Assembly (NCBI GenBank): GCA_964403635.1
Contig: CAYOGW010000005.1
Location: forward strand, 6,289-46,356
Length of the DNA stretch: 40,068 bases
Source of the DNA: an uncultured Anaerolineaceae bacterium
GTDB lineage: Bacteria > Chloroflexota > Anaerolineae > Anaerolineales > Villigracilaceae
Direction of reading: 5' to 3'
The notes below the pieces were generated by a model, which had not been told where the DNA came from, did no database searches, and saw nothing but the letters and a program-made list of their open reading frames with translations. Below are positions 16,150 through 25,284 of the stretch, one piece after another (the first letter of the stretch is position 1; every line of letters starts with the position of its first letter). A program made the translations under genes and the position numbers.

Positions 16150-17412
16150 ATGAGTAACATAGCCATCTCCGTTCAACAGTTGGGTAAGCAATATACCATC
16201 GGCGAAAAGCAGCCCCCCTATCAAACCCTGCGCGATTCTCTCAGCCGCGCCGCCAACCGCTTGTTCTCGCCCCAACATACAGCATCTACCCGCTCATTTT
16301 GGGCGTTACAAAACATTAATTTTGAAATTAATCAGGGCGATGTGGTCGGGATAATTGGCAAAAACGGAGCTGGAAAAAGCACCCTGCTTAAAATACTTTC
16401 TCGCATTACCGAACCCACCCTTGGGTCTGTAGATTTGTATGGCAAGGTTGGTTCACTTCTGGAGGTAGGTACCGGCTTCCACCCCGAACTTACCGGACGA
16501 GAAAATATATTTTTAAACGGCGCCATTTTAGGCATGCACCAAATAGAAATTAAACAAAAATTAGATGAAATCATCGCCTTTGCCGAAATTGAGCCGTTTA
16601 TAGACACCCCTGTAAAACACTACTCCAGCGGCATGTACTTACGGTTGGCTTTCTCAGTGGCGGCTCATTTAGAGCCAGAGATTCTACTGGTAGACGAAGT
16701 ACTAGCCGTTGGCGATTTGGCTTTTCAAAAAAAATGTCTCGGCAAAATGAGTGCTGTTGCCAAGCAAGGCCGTACGATTTTATTTGTCAGCCACGACATG
16801 ACCAGCATTTCCGTTTTATGCCCCACCGCCATTCTGCTAGAAAAAGGACAAATCAACAAGCAGGGACCCACCCTAGAAGTCATTGCAGATTATTTAAAAA
16901 GTAGCACATCTGAAAATGCGGTTACCCGCTGGGACGAACAAACCGCCCCCGGCAACCAACAAGTGCGATTAATTTTAGTGCAAGCCTGTTTAAACGGTCA
17001 AAATAAACCACAAGAAAACTTCTTCATCGAGCAATCCATTTCGCTTCAACTTAGCTTTAAAGTAACAGCTGGTGCAAAAAAACCGCGATTAAACCCGGTA
17101 TTTCGGGTAAGAAATTTAACCGGTTTAACCATCTTCACCACTGCCAATTATGACGACCCAAGCTGGGGTAAAAAGAAATATGAAAACGGAAACTATCATG
17201 TCAGTTGTAAGATTCCAGCACACCTATTTAATGATGGAACCTATTTAATTGATGTGTTGCTTGTGCACGAAAGCCGCGAGGTCTGGGCAGAAGCCGAAGG
17301 CGCGATTCGATTTTCGGTAGCCGATAACGGCAGCACTCGTGGAGATTATGTGGGCGATTGGCACGGCGCGGTTCGCCCCTATTGCACCTGGAACGGAGAG
17401 AAAATTAATTAA
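16150..17412 (+). CDS. wzt: Polysaccharide export ABC transporter ATP-binding protein with C-terminal carbohydrate-binding domain (Wzt / TagH type)
   Basis: Walker A 'GKNGAGKST', signature 'YSSGM', Walker B 'ILLVDE'. An extra C-terminal beta-rich domain of about 170 aa, as in Wzt proteins that read a terminal cap. Start ATG 16150 lies 2 nt after the wzm stop; the overlapping ORF-track start 16057 was rejected. Confidence 0.85.
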   Translation: MSNIAISVQQLGKQYTIGEKQPPYQTLRDSLSRAANRLFSPQHTASTRSFWALQNINFEINQGDVVGIIGKNGAGKSTLLKILSRITEPTLGSVDLYGKVGSLLEVGTGFHPELTGRENIFLNGAILGMHQIEIKQKLDEIIAFAEIEPFIDTPVKHYSSGMYLRLAFSVAAHLEPEILLVDEVLAVGDLAFQKKCLGKMSAVAKQGRTILFVSHDMTSISVLCPTAILLEKGQINKQGPTLEVIADYLKSSTSENAVTRWDEQTAPGNQQVRLILVQACLNGQNKPQENFFIEQSISLQLSFKVTAGAKKPRLNPVFRVRNLTGLTIFTTANYDDPSWGKKKYENGNYHVSCKIPAHLFNDGTYLIDVLLVHESREVWAEAEGAIRFSVADNGSTRGDYVGDWHGAVRPYCTWNGEKIN

Positions 17413-18191
17413 TGAGTGAAATCCCTGAAAGAATTGTGCCCGGCTCGGCAGACTGGGAACACTACTATTACGAGCACAGCCAGCGCTACGAATTTTTTGC
17501 AGACCAATGCAAAGAAAAAACCGTGCTAGATGCGGCTTGTGGTGTGGGCTATGGTAGCCAACTATTAGCCAAAGCCGGAGCCAAACGTGTGCTGGGGGTA
17601 GATATCTCGGAGGAAGCCATTCAGCTAGCCAAAAGCCAATTTAACGGCGAGAAGGTTTCTTTTGAGCCAGCCGATGTCACTCATCTGCATGTGCCAAATG
17701 ATTCTTTTGATGTAGCCGTTAGTTTTGAAACCCTTGAACACATTGCCAAGCCCGAAGCGTTTGTAAAAGAATTAAAACGGGTGCTAAAACCAAACGGGCT
17801 ATTAATCATCAGCACACCCAACAGCCAGTTTGGCAACAAAAGCCAAACAGCCAACCCCTATCACCTTTCTGAATTAACGTTTAATCAATTTAAACTGTTA
17901 ATTAATCAATATTTTCAGATTGAACAAATTTACGCCCACAGCCATACACCCGCTTATTTAAGACACCTACAATTGCTGGAACATCTGAATCAATTGGATC
18001 GTATGGTTCGCTATAGCCCTTTTATTAAATTAGAAAATACCCTACGGCGTTGGTTAGGGCGTTGGCACAGCCAGTTACCGAACTTTCCGGCTGGGTTGGG
18101 TAATGTGCTGCCCGGCGATTTTGAAATTAAACCAATTAATGAAGGCTTACCAGAACACTTAACTTTTATTATTAAGGCTACCAAAAAATAA
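17412..18191 (+). CDS. Class I SAM-dependent methyltransferase
   Basis: Motif I 'VLDAACGVGYGS', an acidic 'VDIS' motif II, 'LKPNGLLIIST' post-I. Start overlaps the wzt stop by 1 nt. Confidence 0.8.
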   Translation: MSEIPERIVPGSADWEHYYYEHSQRYEFFADQCKEKTVLDAACGVGYGSQLLAKAGAKRVLGVDISEEAIQLAKSQFNGEKVSFEPADVTHLHVPNDSFDVAVSFETLEHIAKPEAFVKELKRVLKPNGLLIISTPNSQFGNKSQTANPYHLSELTFNQFKLLINQYFQIEQIYAHSHTPAYLRHLQLLEHLNQLDRMVRYSPFIKLENTLRRWLGRWHSQLPNFPAGLGNVLPGDFEIKPINEGLPEHLTFIIKATKK

Positions 18192-18192
18192 A

Positions 18193-19386
18193 ATGCCAAA
18201 ACCCCTGCATGTTGCCTTTGTTTCGCAAGAATACCCGCCAGAAACTGGCTGGGGCGGCATTGGCTCGTACACCTACGAAATGGCAAACGGGCTGGCAGAG
18301 ATGGGCGTACAAGTGAGCGTAATTTGCTTGGCGCTAGTACAAGAAACACAAACCCAAGAGAAAAATTTAACCATCTACCGTGTGAGACCAGCCCCCCGCT
18401 GGGAACGCCTGCGCGGCGGCTGGCGGATTAACCGATTTTGGCCGGGTTTTGCTTGGGCAGCTGCTCAGCAACTGAGATTAATTAATCAGACTAAGCCGAT
18501 TGATTTGATCGAATATGCCGAAATTCGCGGCGATGGGTTTTTTCTTCCGTTTTTACTACCAGCCATTAAACGAGTGGTGCGCCTGCATACCGCTTGGATT
18601 TTTGTAGATGAATTAAATAAAATTAAACCCAATACTGCTAAAAAATTAATCTACTGGCAAGAAAAACAAAGTGTTTACGCTGCCCATTCTGTCAGTTCGC
18701 CCAGCCACGCCATGTTTGAAAAAACGCTCACTTGGCTGCCGAGCTTAAAAAAGAAGCCGCGTTTTATTTTGCCAAACCCTGTAGATGCCGAAACCTTTTT
18801 ACCAAAAACCAAAACACCCAAACAACAAGAGATTGTATTCATTGGGCGCCCTGAAATTCGCAAAGGGATTGAAACGCTCACCCAAGCCTTGCCAAATATA
18901 TTAGAAAATAATCCACAGGTTGTCTTTCGTTTAATCAGCGACCCGCAAACCGAATTAATGGGTGAACCCGCACAAGAATGGGTTTTAAAACAAATGCCCC
19001 AAAACCTGCACCCGCGCATCACCTTTGAAGCGGTAACCCGAGACCAATTGCCAAAAACGCTCTCCAGCGCCAGCCTCGCCGTGCTGCCCTCGCTTTGGGA
19101 AAACTTTCCCTACGCGATACTCGAAGCCATGTCTTGCGGCTTGCCTGTAGTGGTTACGCGCATTGGCGGCTTACCAGAAATCGTCACCGATTTAGAAAAC
19201 GGGCTGCTTGTGCCTGTCGGTAACACGGCAGCCCTTAGCCAAGCGGTTACGTCTCTACTGCAAAACCCAACCCTACGCGCCAACTTGGGGGCAGCCGCCC
19301 GCCAACAAGTGTTACAAAATTTCAGCCGAAAGGCGGTATTACCCGCTATGCTTTCTTATTATCAAACCCTTGCGAGCCAGCCATGA
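18193..19386 (+). CDS. GT4-family glycosyltransferase (GT-B fold)
   Basis: N-terminal 'FVSQEYPPETGWGGIGSYTYEMANGLAEMG' and C-terminal 'ENFPYAILEAMSCGLPVVVTRIGGLPEIV' (E-x7-E motif region). Confidence 0.8.
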   Translation: MPKPLHVAFVSQEYPPETGWGGIGSYTYEMANGLAEMGVQVSVICLALVQETQTQEKNLTIYRVRPAPRWERLRGGWRINRFWPGFAWAAAQQLRLINQTKPIDLIEYAEIRGDGFFLPFLLPAIKRVVRLHTAWIFVDELNKIKPNTAKKLIYWQEKQSVYAAHSVSSPSHAMFEKTLTWLPSLKKKPRFILPNPVDAETFLPKTKTPKQQEIVFIGRPEIRKGIETLTQALPNILENNPQVVFRLISDPQTELMGEPAQEWVLKQMPQNLHPRITFEAVTRDQLPKTLSSASLAVLPSLWENFPYAILEAMSCGLPVVVTRIGGLPEIVTDLENGLLVPVGNTAALSQAVTSLLQNPTLRANLGAAARQQVLQNFSRKAVLPAMLSYYQTLASQP

Positions 19387-20291
19387 CCTTAATCAGCGTT
19401 GTCATTTGCACCCATAACCGCGCGCCATATCTGCGCGCCGCCTTACAAAGCCTCAGCCAGCAAAGTATGTCAAAATCTCGCTTCGAGGTGCTGGTCATTA
19501 ACAACGCTTCCAGCGATTCTACGGTTCAAGTTGCTGAGAGCTTTCAGCAGTCATTAAATATAAAATTAATTAACGAACCCAACCTAGGGCTTTCTTTGGC
19601 TCGCAATCGCGGGTTAGAAACCAGTAAAAGCGAAATTATTTGTTATATGGATGACGACGCGATAGCCAGCCGAGATTACTTAAAAGCGATTCTTTCCGCT
19701 TTTCGGGCGGTCTCCCCCCAGCCTGCTCTCGTTGGTGGGAGAGTTTTGCTCCACTGGAACGGCCCGCTGCCCAACTGGCTGCCAGAAAAATATCTCAGCC
19801 TATACTCCATGCTCGATTATGGCGAACAAGCCAAATTTATTTCTGAAAGTGAGTACCTTGTTGGTGCAAACTTCGCTGCTCAAACTAGCTTTCTGCGCAG
19901 CATTGGCGGCTTTCAGCCAAGCCTAGGCCGTCAAGGCGGAAACCTGCTCTCGGGAGAAGAAACGCAGGTTCTGCTGAAGGCCCGTCAATTGGGGTTACCC
20001 ATCTATTATCAACCCAGCGCGTTGGTTTGGCATACGGTTACCCCAGGGCGGAAAACACGCGCCTGGCTACGAAAGCGGATTTTTTGGGATGGCGCTTCTC
20101 AACCCTTAATTAATTGGAAAGCCGAGCAACCAAAAAGTTATTACTTTAAACAAAGCCTCATCGACCTGCGCCGTATGATTCGCTTTTGCTGGGACCTGCT
20201 TCAAGGCTCTCCGGATGCTTTTTATCATTTGATTCAGCGCAGCGGACGGCTGCGCACCCATTTAATGCTGTGGCTGGGAATTAATCGTTAA
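19383..20291 (+). CDS. GT2-family glycosyltransferase (GT-A fold)
   Basis: 'ISVVICTHNRAPYLRAALQSLSQQ' and the 'YMDDDA' DxD motif. Start overlaps the previous stop (ATGA). Confidence 0.8.
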   Translation: MTLISVVICTHNRAPYLRAALQSLSQQSMSKSRFEVLVINNASSDSTVQVAESFQQSLNIKLINEPNLGLSLARNRGLETSKSEIICYMDDDAIASRDYLKAILSAFRAVSPQPALVGGRVLLHWNGPLPNWLPEKYLSLYSMLDYGEQAKFISESEYLVGANFAAQTSFLRSIGGFQPSLGRQGGNLLSGEETQVLLKARQLGLPIYYQPSALVWHTVTPGRKTRAWLRKRIFWDGASQPLINWKAEQPKSYYFKQSLIDLRRMIRFCWDLLQGSPDAFYHLIQRSGRLRTHLMLWLGINR

Positions 20292-20292
20292 G

Positions 20293-22947
20293 ATGCATAT
20301 TTGTTTTGTCTCTTTAGATTATCCTTCGGAAACTTCTGGCGGCGGCGTAGGAACAATTATGCAGCTGCTGGCAAAGGGATTTTCAGAAGACTGTCAACAA
20401 GTCAGTGTGATTGCGCTTCAACAAGAAGGTGAAGCCCCTTTCTCGCGGGATGGCGATGTGCTTATTTGGCGGTTTAAACCTTCTCACTTGCATTGGTATG
20501 TTTCAAAAATTCCATGGCTGGGAAAGAACTTAAGCCCCGTGGTGAGAGAATTAGAACGAAGCTGGGGCGCTTGGCGGCTGCTACAAAAAATTAATCAACA
20601 AAAAGAAGTTCATGCCGTTGAATTAATTGAAACCGGCGGGCTGTTTATTTCGCTTTTAGAAAGAGCCAAATTAATCGCGGTGCGCTTACACGGCGAACAA
20701 TATACTTTTCAAAAATATACACCTTTCCTTCAACTCAATTGGGGGTTAAAACTCACCCGTTTCATCCAACGTGTTGCCATCCGCAATGCCAATTTAAGAA
20801 TTTCCCCCAGCCACTGGCACGCCCAAGAAATTGCTGAAGAAACCGGTTTAAATAAGCAATCTATTCTGGTTTTATCGAATGCCATTGCTATTCCAACCAA
20901 GTTTCAGTTTTCAAATAATCACGCCAACCCTTTAATTCTTTTTGCTGGACGTTTAGAGCAATTAAAAGGTGTGCCATTGTTATTAGAAGCGTTTGCTTTA
21001 CTGCGAAAAGAAATGCCGCATGTTCGGCTTGCCTTAGCAGGAACATCTCACCCCAGCTTGCCAGAAAGCCAATTGAAAGAACTCATCCATCAATACCACC
21101 TTGAAAAATCAGTTCAACTGCTGGGATACATCCCCAACCAACAGTTAAAAGATTGGTTTAAAAAATCATCTGCGCTGGTGCTGCCTTCGTATTACGAAAG
21201 CTTTGGCTTAGCCGCCTTAGAAGCCATGGCGCACGGTTTACCAGTGGTTGCCTCTACAGCGGGCGCTTTACCCGAATTAATTAAAGAGAATGAAACTGGC
21301 TTGTTATTTAAAAGCGGAGACGCGCAAGCTTTGGCTGGTCAACTAAAAAAAATATTAAGTAGCCCCAAGCTACAAAAGCATTTGGCAAAAAATGCTCACC
21401 GCTTTAGTTTGCAACACTTTAATGCAAAAGAAAGCATTCTGCAAAACTTAACCCTTTATAAAAATAACTTAAAAATCCCGCCAAGCCCCAAACATGTGTT
21501 TTTTTCTCCACATTTGGATGATGTCATCCTTTCGTGCGGTGGAACAGTGAAAGAATTAAATAAAAACGCGCCTGTTGAAGTGGTGACAGTTTTTAGCGGT
21601 CAACCCAAAACCGCCGCAATAGGCACATTTGCAGAACACATTCATGCCAAGTGGAACTTGCCGCCGCAGACCGCAATTCTTTCTCGCCGCGATGAAGACC
21701 TGCTGGCTTTTTCAATTCTGTCTCCTACTATCCAAGTGACCCATTGGGGTTATCTAGAGGCGTTATACCGTCAGGAAAAAAACCACCAACCCCTGCATTC
21801 CGCTTATCAAAGCCTGCGTGGACCTCTACATCAGCAAGAAGAAGCCTTGATACCAACCCTTGTTTCACAAATCGAAAACCATTATTCAAAAGAAAATCAA
21901 CTTTATTTTCCAATGGGTTTGGGCACTCATGTAGACCACCGCATCTTATTTAAAACAGGCTACCAATTAAATCAACGGGGCTGGCCAGTGTTTTTTTATG
22001 AAGACTGGCCCTATGCAGAAAATTACGAACCTATTAGTAAGAAAAATTGGCAAGTTCTTGATCAACCAATTTCGCTTACCGAAAAAATTAAAGCGGCCGA
22101 AGCCTATGGATCTCAGCAAAAAGGGCTTGGGTATAGCCTAGCCGACCGATTAACAAACTATGCTCATCAAAACAAAAACCCATTGAAGACCAGTGAACGC
22201 ATTTGGCAGGCACAGCCCAACGATGAAGAAGTACCATTTAAACTCAAAAAGAAACAATGGCAGCTTGCCGATTTTTTAATTTTTTATAAAAGCCTTAACT
22301 GGAGAGATCTCTCCGAGCGGCTGCCGTTGGGCAGCGGTTACTGTTTAGATATTGGCAGTGGCAGCGGCAGAAACCAAGTAGCCATTGAAACCAAAGGTTA
22401 CACTTGGCTAGGGCTGGATTTAAACCGTCAGCGGAGGCAACACCTGCAAGCCAGCGCCAGCCGCCTGCCGGTAGCCAGCCAAAGCGTTGAGGCGGCTATT
22501 CTTTGGCAAGTGCTAGAATATCTCGAAAACCCTCAACAAGCGTTAGCAGAAGCCATCCGCACTTTAAAACCTGGCGGCGTGCTCTGCGGTAGCGTTTCAT
22601 TTTTAGAGCCGGTTCATGGACAAACCTATTATGGCATCAGCCATCACGCCATTCAAAAATTATTAATAGACCAACCTTTGCTGGATATTCAGATTCAGCC
22701 GGGCATTTCTGGCTTTACCCTGCTGATATGGACCTGGCTTAATCGTCTAGGCTTAAGCAGGCTAAGCGGATTGTGCCTGCCGTTATCGAGGTTTTTTTTG
22801 GTGCCCCCAGCCGCTTTGCTATTTTTGGTCAGTTGGCTGCAATGGCGGTTAGGCTGGGGCAGCGGGCATTTTATGGCGTGGCTGACAGAACGCGCCCCGC
22901 TGGAATTTGCAGGGCATATTCACTTTATTGCCAGAAAAGCAAGCTAA
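20293..22947 (+). CDS. Tri-domain enzyme: GT4 glycosyltransferase / LmbE(PIG-L)-family N-acetylglucosaminyl deacetylase / class I SAM methyltransferase, with C-terminal hydrophobic segment
   Basis: aa 1-390 GT4 ('ESFGLAALEAMAHGLPVVASTAGALPELI'). aa ~400-640 LmbE-like ('VFFSPHLDDVILSCGG' resembling the HPDDE zinc motif, and 'GLGTHVDHR' resembling HxDH). aa ~650-884 MTase ('CLDIGSGSGRN', 'LKPGGVLCGSV'), followed by a hydrophobic tail. Confidence 0.75.
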   Translation: MHICFVSLDYPSETSGGGVGTIMQLLAKGFSEDCQQVSVIALQQEGEAPFSRDGDVLIWRFKPSHLHWYVSKIPWLGKNLSPVVRELERSWGAWRLLQKINQQKEVHAVELIETGGLFISLLERAKLIAVRLHGEQYTFQKYTPFLQLNWGLKLTRFIQRVAIRNANLRISPSHWHAQEIAEETGLNKQSILVLSNAIAIPTKFQFSNNHANPLILFAGRLEQLKGVPLLLEAFALLRKEMPHVRLALAGTSHPSLPESQLKELIHQYHLEKSVQLLGYIPNQQLKDWFKKSSALVLPSYYESFGLAALEAMAHGLPVVASTAGALPELIKENETGLLFKSGDAQALAGQLKKILSSPKLQKHLAKNAHRFSLQHFNAKESILQNLTLYKNNLKIPPSPKHVFFSPHLDDVILSCGGTVKELNKNAPVEVVTVFSGQPKTAAIGTFAEHIHAKWNLPPQTAILSRRDEDLLAFSILSPTIQVTHWGYLEALYRQEKNHQPLHSAYQSLRGPLHQQEEALIPTLVSQIENHYSKENQLYFPMGLGTHVDHRILFKTGYQLNQRGWPVFFYEDWPYAENYEPISKKNWQVLDQPISLTEKIKAAEAYGSQQKGLGYSLADRLTNYAHQNKNPLKTSERIWQAQPNDEEVPFKLKKKQWQLADFLIFYKSLNWRDLSERLPLGSGYCLDIGSGSGRNQVAIETKGYTWLGLDLNRQRRQHLQASASRLPVASQSVEAAILWQVLEYLENPQQALAEAIRTLKPGGVLCGSVSFLEPVHGQTYYGISHHAIQKLLIDQPLLDIQIQPGISGFTLLIWTWLNRLGLSRLSGLCLPLSRFFLVPPAALLFLVSWLQWRLGWGSGHFMAWLTERAPLEFAGHIHFIARKAS

Positions 22948-22948
22948 C

Positions 22949-24121
22949 ATGCAGATACTCTTTTTAAGCATCGAATCACCCTATGACCCAAGCCGCGGCG
23001 GAGGGATTGCTTCTTATTTGCGGGCTATCATTCCCTATTTAATTAATGAGGGGCATCAGGTCACTTTAATTAGCCATGCCTATTTGCCGCCTAAAAACCA
23101 ACCAAAAAGCGTAAATTTTATTATTCAACATATTCAACTACCAAGCCTGCATTGGTATTTGGCAAAATTGGGCAGTCTTGTCAAACCATTGGTCTTGCCA
23201 TTAAGACAACTGGAGTGGTCGATTGGGTTTTACTGGACAGCGAGAACTGTTTTAAAACAACAGCCCAACTGTGTGATTGAATCCGCTGAAAGCGGGGCGC
23301 TTTTGTTCGGGCTGCTGCACCCCAAAAAACTGGTCATCCGTTTGCATGGCAGCGAATATATATTTAGAAAATTTTTAAACCAGCCATTAACTTTAGGAAC
23401 AAAAATTAATTTTTGGCTAGAAAAACAAGCTTTAAAACGAGCGGCGCTGGTAACCGCCCCCAGCCGTTTTCAGGCGGAATATGTTGCAAATCTGCTGGGC
23501 TGGCCTGCCGACAAAATTAAAGTAATTCCCAACCCATTAAGTGAAGATTATTTTCTACCGTTACCAGCGGCAAAAAAACACGCCCGCCCAATGATTTTAT
23601 TTGCTGGCCGCTTGGCAAGCATTAAAGGGGTTGACACCTTAATACAAGCCTTTCCACTGGTTCAAAAAAAGTATCCGCAAGCTTTGTTGGTGTTGGCAGG
23701 ACCCAACCAATTGCCCAATTTAAACTTAACACTAGATGCCAAAGTAGGTATAAACAAAGGCTTGCTTTGGTTGGGGCACCAAACACAAACTCAAATGCAA
23801 GTGTGGTATCAGCGGGCAAGTGTGTTGGCGATGCCTTCTTTTTATGAAACCTTTGGCTTAGCCGCCTTAGAAGCCATGGCTTGCGGCTTACCTGTGGTTG
23901 CCACCCATGTTGGCGGCATTGCTGAATTGATTAAAGACCAGCAAAACGGATTATTGGTTTCTGTTGGAGACGAAAAAGAGTTAGCAGATGGTATATGCAA
24001 AATATTGGAAAACCCTTCATTAAGGCAAACATTGGCTGAAAATGCTCAAAAAACTATCCAACAATATCACCCGCAGCGAGTAAGCTTGCAATTAATGAAA
24101 GCCTATCAGGGATTAATGTGA
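22949..24121 (+). CDS. GT4-family glycosyltransferase
   Basis: 'ETFGLAALEAMACGLPVVATHVGGIAELI' and 'ILFAGRLASIKGVDTLIQAF'. ATG 22949 lies 1 nt after the previous stop; ORF-track start 22907 rejected. Confidence 0.8.
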   Translation: MQILFLSIESPYDPSRGGGIASYLRAIIPYLINEGHQVTLISHAYLPPKNQPKSVNFIIQHIQLPSLHWYLAKLGSLVKPLVLPLRQLEWSIGFYWTARTVLKQQPNCVIESAESGALLFGLLHPKKLVIRLHGSEYIFRKFLNQPLTLGTKINFWLEKQALKRAALVTAPSRFQAEYVANLLGWPADKIKVIPNPLSEDYFLPLPAAKKHARPMILFAGRLASIKGVDTLIQAFPLVQKKYPQALLVLAGPNQLPNLNLTLDAKVGINKGLLWLGHQTQTQMQVWYQRASVLAMPSFYETFGLAALEAMACGLPVVATHVGGIAELIKDQQNGLLVSVGDEKELADGICKILENPSLRQTLAENAQKTIQQYHPQRVSLQLMKAYQGLM

Positions 24122-25281
24122 AAATACTGTTAATATCTGCTTCCTATTTGCCAGTAAAAGGGGGCCTACAAACGGCTACCCATGCGCTTGCCAAAGAATG
24201 GCAAAAAAACGGGCATACGGTGCGAGTCTTAACCAACCATTATCCGCGTGGATTAAAGAGCGCTGAAATGGTTGAGAATATTTCCGTTGAGCGGGAGTTG
24301 TTTTTATCTCCATCGATTGAATTAATTAAGCGTGGGCGCTGGGATATATGGCTTGCCAGCCTTTTTTATCAGCCACTTGTTTTATTGAAACTATTTATAT
24401 TAATGAAACAGTTTCAACCCGATGTGATTAATCTCCATTTCCCTTCATCCCAAGTGCCTTTTGTGCTTTGGTTAAAAAAACATTTTGCATTTAAATTAAT
24501 CGTTTCGTTGCACGGAACTGACATTGAACAATGGTTGAAAGAAGACAAACTAAGCCTTATAACTGAAAAACAAAATAATCCATCTTTTCTTCAGTTGCGG
24601 CGGGTTTTAAAAGAAGCCATGATTATTACCGCTTGTTCTGCCGATTTATTAAACAAAGCTTGTTTTATTGAACCTGAAATTAAAAATAAAAGCCATGTCG
24701 TGCATAATGGAGTGGATTGGAAGTTATTTCAAAGCAAAGAGCAACACTTGCACCCTGCCCCTTATCTTTTTGCTTTTGGGCGTTTAACCGCCGCCAAAGG
24801 GTTTGATCTCTTAATTAAAGCCTTTGACGGTTTAACCAGCCTGCAACCCAACCTAGATTTGCTTTTGGCAGGAGATGGTTCGGAAGCGGCAGCATTAAAA
24901 GAGCAAGTAAAAAAGCTGGGGCTGAGCCAGCGGGTCTTCTTTTTGGGCGCGCTTAACCCGCCAGAGATTGTGAAACTCTTAAATGGCTGTCTGTTTGCAG
25001 TCATTCCATCTCGAAAAGAACCATTTGGCATTGCCGCTTTAGAAGCCATGGCAGCTGGCAAAGCCGTTTTAGCAACAAAGGTTGGCGGATTAAATGAATT
25101 TGTACCAAAAAGAAACAGGCTAGTAAACCCCAATGCCGAATCACTGCTAGAAGGGATGCAACAAATGCTTCAACTCAATTTAACAGAAATCGGTGAAGTA
25201 AACCGGCGAGTGGCAAAAAAACTTTCGTGGGCGGCGGCGGCAGAAAAATTTATTGCGTTATTTAACGAAGCAGGAGTGTAA
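24118..25281 (+). CDS. GT4-family glycosyltransferase
   Basis: 'VKILLISASYLPVKGGLQTATHALAKEW' (GTG start) and 'EPFGIAALEAMAAGKAVLATKVGGLNEFV'. Confidence 0.8.
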   Translation: MKILLISASYLPVKGGLQTATHALAKEWQKNGHTVRVLTNHYPRGLKSAEMVENISVERELFLSPSIELIKRGRWDIWLASLFYQPLVLLKLFILMKQFQPDVINLHFPSSQVPFVLWLKKHFAFKLIVSLHGTDIEQWLKEDKLSLITEKQNNPSFLQLRRVLKEAMIITACSADLLNKACFIEPEIKNKSHVVHNGVDWKLFQSKEQHLHPAPYLFAFGRLTAAKGFDLLIKAFDGLTSLQPNLDLLLAGDGSEAAALKEQVKKLGLSQRVFFLGALNPPEIVKLLNGCLFAVIPSRKEPFGIAALEAMAAGKAVLATKVGGLNEFVPKRNRLVNPNAESLLEGMQQMLQLNLTEIGEVNRRVAKKLSWAAAAEKFIALFNEAGV

Positions 25282-25284
25282 ACG

